The translations under genes and the position numbers were made by a program. A stretch of 64,000 bases of DNA from Amphiscolops sp. MND2022. Taxonomy: Eukaryota. The stretch lies in the NCBI GenBank assembly GCA_964187785.1, contig OZ076409.1, positions 41,666,001 through 41,730,000 on the forward strand, read 5' to 3'. The number at the start of each line of letters is the position of its first letter. Position 1 is the first letter of the stretch. The notes under the pieces are model-generated. The model was not told the origin of the DNA. It worked only from the letters and a program-made list of their open reading frames with translations, and made no database searches. Positions 11,690 to 22,600 of the stretch are shown here, one piece after another.

Positions 11690-14600
11690 TTGAGCGCTTC
11701 AAGAAATGATAAGTTTTCCTAGCAGCCACCAAGTTCTTTCGAATATGGTTGTCCCATGTAATATTGTGTTAAATGGTGATTCCAAGGTCTCCAATTGAGT
11801 CAACCGTGGGGACATTTTTGCTGTTAAGAAACAGAGGATCCGATGACGCTGAATTTCCCTCGAAAGTGATTGACTTGCACTTGTCAATGTTATATTCCAT
11901 TTCATTCCTGTAGGCCCATTCATTAGAGTGATCAATATCCCTTTGTAAATCAGGTTTGGTCAAAGGAGACATTAATTTACTATCATCTGCAAACAAATAG
12001 CATGAGGTATTGACAATTTTGTCGAGAAGATCATTCATGAAAATGATGAAAAAAAGAGGTCCGAGGATACTGCCTTGAGGTAATCTGCTGTTATTTTCCA
12101 CCATCTGAAGAGGGAGCCATTTTTTGATACTCCTTGCGACCTTGAGTATAATAAGATCAAAAAATCTTCATCAAAGCTAAAATTTGCCAGTATTTTCAGC
12201 AGAATACGATGTGGAACAAAATTGAAGCCCTTCGAAAGTCGAAGTAGATAGCATAACTAGAAGCATTAATATGTTTTTATTTGTACAAATCGTCTAGATA
12301 TGGTAAGAGTTGGGTAATTGGAGAGCGCGTCTTTTTAAAACCATGTTGTTCATCACAGATTGAGGTTCGCACTTGCGGGTATTTGTGCCGGAAGAGCTAT
12401 TTTTCGAAAACAAGTGAGAGCTGTGGGCCGATAATTTTCCACGCTTTCGGGGTTCCCAGATTTATATATCGGCGTTATAAATGAGCATTCCCAATCACTT
12501 GGCCATCTTCTTGCCTTTATTATAACAGTAAAAAAAATGTGTGGCCAGTAGAGCAGAATATCTGGGCATGAATTCAGCAAGAAAGTAGGAATAGGGACTG
12601 AGCTCAATGAACAAGTTTTAGTTTTCGAGAGTATATCTGCGATTTCAGAGTGAATTATGGTAAAATCATTCAAACGGATTGTAGGTAGTTCAGATGGTTG
12701 CAAAGGTATATTTTAACTTTTCTGGAAGACAGGGCTGAAATAATTATTGAACAGCTTAGCAATTTCGTTACTGGTGTTTGCTTTTAGTGTGTTCCAGTTC
12801 ATTTGATTTGGCAAGCGGTTCGAAGAGAGAGAACGTCGAAACTCGAAGCAAGAAGGAGTGGAGACAGGAGATAGACTTTCAAGGAGGACTGTTTTGTCTA
12901 ATTCAACTGATGAACTAATCTCTTGTTTTATCCTTTCAATGGTACCATTTCGGTAGTTACATTTTTCAGCTATACAAGATAATAATTGAGTGAATTGAGT
13001 GGGAGGAATAGAAATACGGATACTGTGATCGGCGAGTAGTTTTGACTTTGCAAGACATATTTAGAGCGTACATCAATGTTTGTCGCCACAATGAGAAATA
13101 TTCTTCCATAGAAACCTCACTGAAGCTACAATTTGGTAGTGCCAGTAATGTGTCGAAACCATTGGATAAATGACAGTTGATCAGAGTACTAGAAAGAGAT
13201 GACAAAGCGTAAAATTTTGTTGAATTTGTAGCTGGCTCTGAATGGGGCATAGGAAGGTTTATCAAAGCAAAAACAAGGTAATGGTCGGAGTAGAGATGGG
13301 AGTCAACATAAACATTGAATAGCTCGGAATGTGAGGTTAGAATTTTATCCAGAGTGCTACCAGACTTATGAGGGTGGGGTATTTTTGGATCGAATTTTTG
13401 TGTGAGCGAAAAGCGAGATCGCAAATGGATAAAAAATTGATACCTAATCGTTCCGTTTTTGCAAGGTTTTTGCTCTTTCAAAGCGTTTAAAAATTTTTAG
13501 GTACTTTTCCCCACCTAATACGGGGTCATATATAGCGTATGCACGCTCGCCCTCACCGTCGCAAAGACCAGATCCCACTACGATCGCTTCGCGATCTCCG
13601 TTCACGCTAGGTCTTTGCTCCTGTTCGACCTCGCTTAGCAAGATGGGAACATAAGCGGCCCCCAAGGGGCGCAGGGGACTAGAGAAAAAGGGGGCACATC
13701 CGACGGCCAAAAACATTGTTATTTGAAAACCCTAAGTGTTTGAAAGCCTTCATTCGATATCATTATCGTTGACCTTTTTACTTTGATCTCAGTGACAGTA
13801 TGCATATTCGCGCAAATTCATTCGATCCAAACGCCCACCGCCACTCATGAGTAAGCTCGAAAACTAAAGGATTGAGATTCATCATTTGAAATTGAACTAC
13901 GAAGTTTTTGGAATAGTCGCTCTGATCAGGCACAGTTGTCCAGCAAACATCATTCAGATTGAGGTCTCCTGAAATGGAGAAGGAGCTGAGATAATTGTTT
14001 TCAAATTTAGCATAACACGAGGAGACCCAATCAGTCAAAAGGTTCGCTTCAATTCGACATGGAGATGTCGATGGCGGATTGTAAATTAAAAGGAACAAGT
14101 GAGAACCCTGGATGGTTGTGACAGCATACTATCGAAATAGTGACAGCAAAACCATTGATTTGGCCAATTTTCATATAGCGGCCAGTTGTTTTCAGTCAAG
14201 TCAGAGTAGTTGAGGCAGAAATCATTTTTGGCAGCAACGAGGAAAGAGGAAACCACCGTGTACCCAAGTTTCAGTGACAAAAACCAAATCAGGTGAGTGG
14301 AAACTTGAAGAAGTTGGTAGTTTCAATCGTTGCTGGAGACTGATAACACTTTGTGCATTCAAGAGGCAAACTTTCATCTGCAGTCACTTCTGGAAAGTAA
14401 CTTTAGTTCCGTTTCTGCAGAGCTTAAGACCTTTCACATAGATTTCATCTCGTGGTACTCCGTCAGTATTGATCATTTCAAGGTGGATTCTGGAAACTGG
14501 TTGTCTACAAACTCGTTAGGACCAGTTTGTAGATTACCAGTCTGTAGAATTCTGGAATTGAAGAAAAACAATGAGACCAATAATGAAGGAATGATGCAAA
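11690..14600 (-). pseudogene. Decayed L2/CR1-group LINE ORF2 (APE endonuclease + reverse transcriptase), interrupted at 13373-13842
   Basis: APE motifs LLNAQS, VTETW, IYNPPS, GDLN, HKSGSTLD, SDHYLV. RT motifs ITPIYKSG..ENYRP, QHGF, PQGSILGPLFFIIFMNDL, LFADDSKL, DLGIT. Many frameshifts. Confidence 0.9.
13373..13842. mobile_element. Non-autonomous DNA transposon with 9-bp TSD (Mutator/foldback-like) inserted in the LINE endonuclease
   Basis: Flanks are ACTTATGAG (13364-13372) and ACTCATGAG (13843-13851). Ends are GGTGGGGTATTTTTGGATCGAA and (rc) GGCGGTGGGCGTTTGGATCGAA. Removing the insert rejoins LVFELTH to KSGSTLD. Confidence 0.7.
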
Positions 14601-15327
14601 GTATAAAACGTGCTTCGGATATGTCTTTATTGCCTCTAGTGCCATGCGTATATACACTTTTTGCCGAATCCCTTTTAGCCGAATCCCACTTTGCCGAAAG
14701 CATGGGACATTTTGCCGAGTTTTTTTCGGCAAAGTGGGCATCGAAAATCGGCAAAGTGGGCAAGGCAGTTGTCTACATCTGCAACAACAGACTTTTAAAG
14801 CTTTAACGTGTTTCAAAGTATAAAACGTGTCTCGGATATGTCCCCATTTCCTCTAGCGCTCCGCGGCACCTTGGGCCGCTTATGTTCCCATCTTGCTAAG
14901 CGAGGTCGAACAGGAGCAAAGACTTAGCGTGAACGGAGACCGCGAAACGATCGTTGTGGGAGCTGGTCTTTGTGACGTTGAGAGCGAGCGCGCATACACA
15001 GCATATGCCCCACATTATGATAGTCAATCGACTTGAGGCAAACAAAGAACGTTTTCGACCCGAAGGCTTCGATCAAATTCGATCGCTTTCCATTCGATCC
15101 TTGCAATTCGATCAAAAGGTTCGACCTCTGTCCTTTCGACCAAAAAAATTCGACCCATTTACAGCCACCCAAACGAAGCTGACTCACGCTTTCTGACATG
15201 GGTGGCTGTAATAAGGTCGAAATTTTCTGGACGAAAGGACAGAGGTCGAACGTTTTGATCGTATTGTAGGGATCGAATTGTAGGGATCGAATGGAATGCG
15301 GTCGAATTTTATCGTACTTGTTGTATG

Positions 15328-17320
15328 CAGGGACTGCGATACATATCGATAGTATCGAACGATAGTATCGATATATCGATACTCGATACCGATACTTTTG
15401 AGAGCGACGATACTTCGATACCGATACCGATACCAATTTCCCAAAATTTTTCCTGATAATAATGATTAATTCATAATAATATTCAACTATTCAAATACAC
15501 CTAAACATTTGTCATCTATTTCAGATAACCGAATGGAATCAGATTTGAGCTCTGATGATGAGGTAACAACAATCGGTGCAGGTGATTCAGATGTGGAACA
15601 AATAAACTCTGGCGGTGATTGGCGGCTACCGATAAAAGAAACCGATGTTAACAGGAGGTTTTTTATTGAATTTATAGATGGCAGGAAAACAACCCGACGC
15701 AAATGCCGAGACTGTGGATGCGTTATTGAGAGTTCTGGAAACACAACCAACATGCGCAAGCACATCCGATCTTGTAAGAAGCGGATGGTTTCAAACCAAG
15801 GTATACTGCCAATCAAGGTCGGTGCACCGGAGAAGAAAGGATATTCTATCATTGCAAAGCTTGTATATGTGGACAATTTCCCGATCACAAAGGTTGCAAA
15901 CTCTGCCCAGCTGAAGACTATGTTTGAAAAATTAAACTATGATAAGGTTACGTATCAGTCGTTGAACTGCTATCTTGAAGAACTATATCACCGTGCGGTG
16001 TCTAAAATGAAATCAATTCTGGCTCAACGGAGTAAAGCTGATCTGATGTCAATCACCTTCGATAAATGGACTGCGATAGGCGATAACAAATTTATTGGCG
16101 TTTACGTGTACCATAAAGTCACTAAATACTGTCTTGGTCTTATCCATTATGAAGGCGTTTGTAGATCGTCCGATATAATCAACCATCTCGGTGAGCGGCT
16201 AAAGATTTTCGGGTTAGAGTTGTCCGATATGGATTACATGGTGACAGACTGTGGCTCCGACGTGCAAAAAGTGGCACAAGATGCTGATATATTCAATTTT
16301 CCTTGCCTGTGTCACATCATAAATCTGATTGTAAAGCGTCTACTAATCGAAAACTTTGATGATTTTGCTGATGAAGATGACTTTGAATTCATCACCGACT
16401 CAAGGTATCGACTCAACTACTCTGATATCATTTTGAAAGTTCGCAGTACCGTAAAGGATATTTTGTCTAAGCCAACTTTGTGCGATCGACTCAAAGCCGC
16501 ACAAAATATACAGGGTAATACGCCACTGAAGTTAGTTGCTGAGAATGCAACAAGATGGAACAGTCTCTTTGACATGCTTGAACGTTTCGTGTCTTTGAGA
16601 AATTCAGTCGAGCTCATTGTTGACTTGCATGATTTTGATTGGGCCAAGGTCTCTGAGTTGATCAATCTGTTAAAGCCTCTTAAGGAATGTACCATGGATC
16701 TACAAGATTCGAAGGCTAATGTAAAAACAGCAGTTAGTATCCTTAAATTCCTAAGACAGAAATCTTTGAGTAATGATTTGCTGGGAAAAGCGATTAAGAC
16801 AGTTTGGGACAAGTGGATCCGCCCAAATCAAGTGGCTGATGCGCTGTTACACGGTGATGGCACCTTCTACGACTACATAAGACGTAAGAAAATGCCAGTT
16901 GTTGAGGACACAGAGCACTCATATGGAGCTGATGCCAGTTCAAGTTATAAAACTTTTAAGGACCAATGTCAAAATTCCAGTGAATTTGATATAATAGACG
17001 CGCTCGATGGGTTTATTCCTGCAAATGTCGACGCAGAGCGTCTTTTTTCTTGGGGACGGCTCTCCAAGAACTATTTGCAATGCCAAATGAGCCCTGATAA
17101 CCACTCACGAAACGTGTTTTTGAATAAATGCCAACACTTGATATGATGTAAGACGTGATGTTAATTTAAATGTTTCCGATACTTTTTCTCCGTTTTTTGA
17201 TAAAACGATACTTTTTTTCGATACCGATACCGAATTTCAGATTGAAACGATTCCGATACCGATACTTCAAAAAAACGGACCGATACCGATACCAGAAATA
17301 GGGTGGTATCGTACTCCCTG
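15328..17320 (+). mobile_element. Intact compact hAT DNA transposon (1993 bp)
   Basis: TIRs CAGGGACTGCGATAC and (rc) CAGGGAGTACGATAC, 13/15 matches. Perfect 8-bp TSD GTTGTATG (15320-15327, 17321-17328). Clusters of CGATAC/GTATCG subterminal repeats at both ends. Confidence 0.95.
15533..17146 (+). CDS. hAT-superfamily transposase, ~537 aa from the first ATG, with BED zinc finger
   Basis: BED-like CRDC...TTNMRKHIRSC; catalytic SITFDKWT, VTDCGSDV and DAERLFS; PCLCHIINL (CxxH); TRWNS. Uninterrupted frame. Confidence 0.93.
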   Translation: MESDLSSDDEVTTIGAGDSDVEQINSGGDWRLPIKETDVNRRFFIEFIDGRKTTRRKCRDCGCVIESSGNTTNMRKHIRSCKKRMVSNQGILPIKVGAPEKKGYSIIAKLVYVDNFPITKVANSAQLKTMFEKLNYDKVTYQSLNCYLEELYHRAVSKMKSILAQRSKADLMSITFDKWTAIGDNKFIGVYVYHKVTKYCLGLIHYEGVCRSSDIINHLGERLKIFGLELSDMDYMVTDCGSDVQKVAQDADIFNFPCLCHIINLIVKRLLIENFDDFADEDDFEFITDSRYRLNYSDIILKVRSTVKDILSKPTLCDRLKAAQNIQGNTPLKLVAENATRWNSLFDMLERFVSLRNSVELIVDLHDFDWAKVSELINLLKPLKECTMDLQDSKANVKTAVSILKFLRQKSLSNDLLGKAIKTVWDKWIRPNQVADALLHGDGTFYDYIRRKKMPVVEDTEHSYGADASSSYKTFKDQCQNSSEFDIIDALDGFIPANVDAERLFSWGRLSKNYLQCQMSPDNHSRNVFLNKCQHLI

Positions 17321-17784
17321 GTTGTATGGCTCGGTCGCTTCGCTCTCTTCGCCAAGTAGCAACATTGAGGCATGGCCATATGGCACGTCGCTCCGCTTCG
17401 TTTCGCTCCTGCATTCAGGACACTAGGGGTATGTGAACATATCTGACTACGTTATAAAATTTTCGATCCGAGTTGTTTCGATCCCATTCAAAAATTTGGT
17501 ATGTCGGCCTGAGGACTAACTCTGATTTTCGATCCCATTCCTTCGACCTACTTCCGCCCACCCTATGACATGACTACTATTTTCTGTTCACAACATCGTC
17601 TATCGTGCAAACATGCGAGCAATACATTTTGATGTGGGAAATAATTTATTTCTGCGTAGGTGGATATTCTGTGCTCAAATTTTCGGGGACAGATAAATTT
17701 TCTGGCCTTATGCTGGGGGTGGGGAGTGTGGGTTGGTGCATTAGCAAACAAGATCCCCCAATAAGAACTCATTAGGAAGTGAGA

Positions 17785-18490
17785 TTACTCTAGTGAAACA
17801 GGCGCTGAGTTCCATCAAAGTTCCCGCAATTCTGGAACCAAATTGTCTGACCCGATCAGACGGAAAGCGCCCAGACGGAATTACCCTTGCGCCCTGGGAG
17901 GATGGCAAGCAATTAGTTTGGGATGTTACTTGTGTCGATCTTCTTGCCCCCAGCAGAATAGAGAACGGTTCTATTGCCAACCCGGGCACAGCCGCTGAGG
18001 ATGCAGAGGATTTGAAAACAGCTAAGTACGTTTGTTTGACTGACGAAGGATACATCTTCCAACCCTTAGCCTTTGAAACTCAGGGAGGAGTCGGACCTTC
18101 TACGTCCACGTTCTTGAACCTGTGTAAAAAATTGTGCGTGTTCAACCAGGAAAATAGAGCCGGGTCGTTTTTCAGGCAGAGACTCTCTCTCTCAATCCAG
18201 GCAGGCAATGCGGCCAGTGTAGTTGGAACGGTTCGGGACGAAGACCACTTAAGCAAACTTTACTACTTGTAAATCTGTGTTCAATGACCGTTTTTTTAAT
18301 CTAGAAATTTATGTGTTCTTTGCTCCATAATCGTTACCTTTTCACGAGCCTCAGTGAGTTTCTGAATTGAAATGTCCTCGATCCATTGAACTCTCAGGTT
18401 GCATCTCGTTTCTCAATTCTTTTTGTTTCCTATCTTGGTTGGAGTTTTTTTGCCTGTCGCCCAGGCTGGGGGCACATGATGAATAAAGAA
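17785..18490 (+). mobile_element. 5'-truncated CRE-clade non-LTR retrotransposon (3' end and 3' UTR)
   Basis: RLE-domain coding fragment followed by ~210 bp of UTR-like sequence ending near AATAAA (18482-18487). Boundaries approximate. Confidence 0.7.
17793..18272 (+). pseudogene. C-terminal restriction-like (PD-D/ExK) endonuclease fragment of a CRE-clade element
   Basis: LEP..L.RSDGKRPDG.T..PW..GK.LVWDVTCVD, AE..K..KY, F.PLAFET.G..G, QRLS..IQ.GNAA. No RT upstream. Confidence 0.85.
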
Positions 18491-18928
18491 GCGTTTTTTT
18501 AAACGCTGATTGATGACGACGATCCAATTCTGATTGACACTCATTAAGAAGTGAGTCATATACTACGATTCCTATCCTAAGAAATGAAATGTTGATAAAA
18601 ACTCATATGTGAGTCATATACTGTTGAAGTGAGTCATATTCTGTGAGTTAGTTAATTACTAAGCCATATGTTGATTTGGGGAATAAGAGAAAAGACTACT
18701 TTTTCTTTTTTGCTACTGAGATAGTGGCTGGTATGGGGTTCCCTACTTTCGTCGCAGACCACGGGTGTGTGTCTTCTCGCCCCAACATGATGATACACAT
18801 GGCACTTGATTGATGACGAAGATCCATGATATCTGATAGAGGGGGAAAAAGATAAAAAGACCCCGATTTATTTGTATTCCATTCATTTTCAAAGTTCATT
18901 TGTTTTTTTTTCAATATGATTCAAACGA

Positions 18929-19582
18929 TCAAATACTTCGTTACCTTCTGGTTTTTTTCAGTTTTGTGGTGCTACTGAGACATGTGATAAGAAGCAGACT
19001 GTCCAGAGATTTTTCTGGACTTTTGCAAAATGCAACAAATCAAGGCTGCAGTACTTACTCCCAGGTCAAAATATAGTGAAAAGGACGTTGACTGGGTGTT
19101 GTGCTGTCAATGGTTGTGCCAAAATTTACCCAGCAATCACAAGTTCTCCGATAGCCTACTTTTCAGAAAGGAATCCGTTAGTACTGAGTACATAATTTTT
19201 GGGTATTTCTGACTAAGTGTGGTCCCTAGCAAATTTAGAAGAGCCAACGTAAAGCAAACATTACATGTCGTTCAAAACAGCAGATTCAAATTACTAGTTT
19301 TTAGTGTTGTTACAGCCAATATGTATGAAACTTGATTTGAAGAGGTTAGCATATTTGTTGTATGGCTCGGTCGCTTCGCCTCCTTCGCCAAGTAGCAACA
19401 TTGAAGCATAGCCCTATTGACACGTCGCTTCGCTCCTGCATTTAGGACACTCGGGGTATGTCAACATAGCTGACTACGTTATAATAATTCCGACAAAATA
19501 TACCGGGACCACACTTATTTTATAGGGACCACACTTAGTGAGGAGAAATCGCTTGGGACCACACTTGGTCAGGAGTACGGTT
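18929..19582. repeat. Dispersed repeat copy B (longer), ending in three GGGACCACACTT motifs
   Basis: Matches 11219-11686 and 17321-17457. GGGACCACACTT at ~19505, 19524 and 19555, with an inverted copy at ~19215. Confidence 0.8.
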
Positions 19583-19613
19583 TTTGGTGAAAAGTGTTCA
19601 GCTATTGGACTTC

Positions 19614-22600
19614 TTAAACAAACGGGAAAGTCACAGTGCCGAGAAAGGAACTTTCAGCTCGCAAAACTACTTTTTCGTGAGCCTAAATTCTCAGCTATGA
19701 AAGCGGGAAGGTACCCTTTGACCAAATGACAGTTTGGGAAAAAACAGATGAAAATGTTTAAAGTATGATAAAGTATTGGGAATAAAACAGCTCTTCGGTT
19801 AAGTTGGAAATATAAGGTCTCACAATACCGTAAAAATCCAAAGTGGACACCCTTTGACTTCAACTGATTCTGTTGTATCAACCCTAGATATCCTAACAAT
19901 CAAAATGGGGACCTTTTTTATTTTTTCTGCGATAGCAGGAATATTATTGAATTCTCAAGAATTCAACTTTTTTCAGTACAATTTTTGTCGTGATATCGAG
20001 TACCTACTGAAAAATTCAGATATTTTGTTTGGCAGTGAGTGGTAAGCGTGAGAATTGAATTTCTCGTTTTTCGTGCGATGAAACTAGCTAGTGGTTGAGA
20101 GTTATTGAGATGAAGCGAACGAGTGTTCGTAATTATGCTTTCTTACGCCGAGTAATTGAGATAAAGCGAACGAGTGTTATTGGGTTGCGTTATTGTCAAA
20201 AGGGACTTCTTTACGACACACTCGAAAAACTTTAATTCTCCTATTCCGCGTGATGGGTTTTTCCGCAATTTTGCTTTCTGTTGTTGCCTTTTCCTCTTAT
20301 TATCTCCCACAGCAAGCTACGCTGTTGAATTTGTAGTCAATTGGTCAAGACATGGTCGGCTTTAAGCTCTCATCTTGAAATGACTTGCTTCGCCAAAAGC
20401 AGTTTCCCATAATCATACCAATAAACTCCATTAGAGAACTAGCTCAGAACACAATATTGAGTTATTCCGCAGCAACAGTGGCCGAATTCTCTTATCATTA
20501 GACAATGATCACCAAAAACTTTGACATTTTATCACTTCATATCCGGAGAAACGTGAGAAAATGTTCGGAATATCAATAGGAATAGTCAACAAGACGGACA
20601 CGTCTAAAGTCGGCGCTCAAGAAAGCAAAGCTTTTAAAACATGCCAGAGGACGTTTCCATGACAAATTTAGAAAATAGTTTCGAAACACCGGTTTATAAT
20701 CTCGGATATAGCGTGCTGAGGCAAGTGCGAGCGCCTTTTTTGATCCTACGCCTCCTCATCAGTAAAACGCAAATTCTTCTGATATAACGTCAAAAGTCGG
20801 ACATAGCGTGCTGGGACAAATGGGAGTGTTTGTTTTCGAACTCGGGCATCCTCCGTAGTAAAACGCAAATTACTTACAATAAAAACTTCCGATGATCCTT
20901 TGGAAGAAATTTTCGATAGTGCCGAAAGTTCTAGAAGGGCCCTTCTAGACCTTTGTGGGATTTTATCTAAGACCTTTTGGGATTTTTACCATTTGGTGAC
21001 ACTGAAAAGTTCTCTGAAAAAAATCTCACAAAGCTGATAAATCGGGGAGTCTCATACTGCCGAAAAAAGTGGAAAGGGGCTATTAAACAAACGGAAAAGT
21101 CACAGTGCCGAAAAAGGAACTTTCAGCTCGCAAAACTACTTTTTCGTGAGCCTAAATTTTCAGCTATGAAAGCGGGAAGGTACCCTTTGACCAAATGACA
21201 GTTTGGGAAAAAACAGATGAAAATGTTTAAAGTATGATAAAGTATTGGGAATAAAACAGCTCTTCGGTTAAGTTGGAAAAATAAGGTCTCACAATACCGT
21301 AAAAATCCAAAGTGGAGACTCTTTGACTTCAAATGATTCTGTTGTATCAACCCTAAATATCCTAACAATCAAAAGGGGGACTTTTTTATTTTTTCTGCGA
21401 TAGCAGGAATATTATTGAAATGTCAAGAATTCAACTTTTTTCAGTACAATTTTTGTCGTGATATCGAGTACCTACTGAAAAATTCAGATAATTTGTTTGG
21501 CAGTGAGTGGTAAGCGTGAGAATTGAATTTCTCGTTTTTCGTGCGATGAAACTAGCTAGTGGTTGAGAGTTATTGAGATAAAGCGAACGAGTGTTCGTAA
21601 TTATGCTTTCGTACGCCGAGTAATTGAGATAAAGCGAACGAGTGTTATTGGGTTGCGTTATTGTCAAAAGGGACTTCTTTATTTGCACGACACACTCGAA
21701 AAACTTTAATTCTCCTATTCCGCGTGATGGGTTTTTCCGCAATTTTGCTTTCTGTTGTTGCCTTTTCCTCTTATTATCTCCCACAGCAAGCTACGCTGTT
21801 GAATTTGTAGTCAATTGGTCAAGACATGGTCGGCTTTAAGCTCTCATCTTGAAATGACTTGCTTTGCCAAAAGCAGTTTCCCATAATCATACCAATAAAC
21901 TCCATTAGAGAACTAGCTCAGAACACAATATTGAGTTATTCCGCAGCAACAGTGGCCGAATTCTCTTATCATTAGACAATGATCACCAAAAACTTTGACA
22001 TTTTATCACTTCATATCCGGAGAAACGTGAGAAAATGTTCGGAATATCAATAGGAATAGTCAACAAGACGGACACGTCTAAAGTCGGCGCTCAAGAAAGC
22101 AAAGCTTTTAAAACATGCCAGAGGACGTTTCCATGACAAATTTAGAAAATAGTTTCGAAACACCGGTTTATAATCTCGGATATAGCGTGCTGAGGCAAGT
22201 GCGAGCGCCTTTTTTGATCCTACGCCTCCTCATCAGTAAAACGCAAATTCTTCTGATATAACGTCAAAAGTCGGACATAGCGTGCTGGGACAAATGGGAG
22301 TGTTTGTTTTCGAACTCGGGCATCCTCCGTAGTAAAACGCAAATTACTTACAATAAAAACTTCCGATGATCCTTTGGAAGAAATTTTCGATAGTGCCGAA
22401 AGTTCTAGAAGGGCCCTTCTAGACCTCTGTGGGATTTTATCTAAGACCTTTTGGGATTTTTACCATTTGGTGACACTGAAAAGTTCTCTGAAAAAAATCT
22501 CACAAAGCTGATAAATCGGGGAGTCTCATACTGCCGAAAAAAGTGGAAAGGGGCTATTAAACAAACGGAAAAGTCACAGTGCCGAAAAAGGAACTTTCAG

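Larger units (their letters stand above)
14597..17563. mobile_element. Composite non-autonomous DNA repeat hosting the hAT insertion
   Basis: Duplicated CAAAGTATAAAACGTG..CGGATATGTC (14597, 14814). GC-rich core 14835-14998 is an inverted copy of 13537-13700. TTCGAYC foldback at 15054-15305. Segment 17321-17457 is shared with 19358-19484. The terminus TTCGACC..CCGCCCACCC resembles the 13842 terminus. The left boundary is uncertain. Confidence 0.5.

Noticed and set aside
14330..15444. ORFs of 158-170 aa (FAESHFAE and RYRYR types)
   Set aside because: They translate short motif ladders, hAT subterminal repeats and the LINE antisense strand.
15487..16812. Antisense and alternate-frame ORFs inside the hAT transposase
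   Set aside because: Shadow ORFs of the real coding strand.
15533..17146. Domesticated ZBED-type host gene
   Set aside because: Intact TIRs, subterminal repeats and a perfect TSD inside another repeat indicate a mobile copy.
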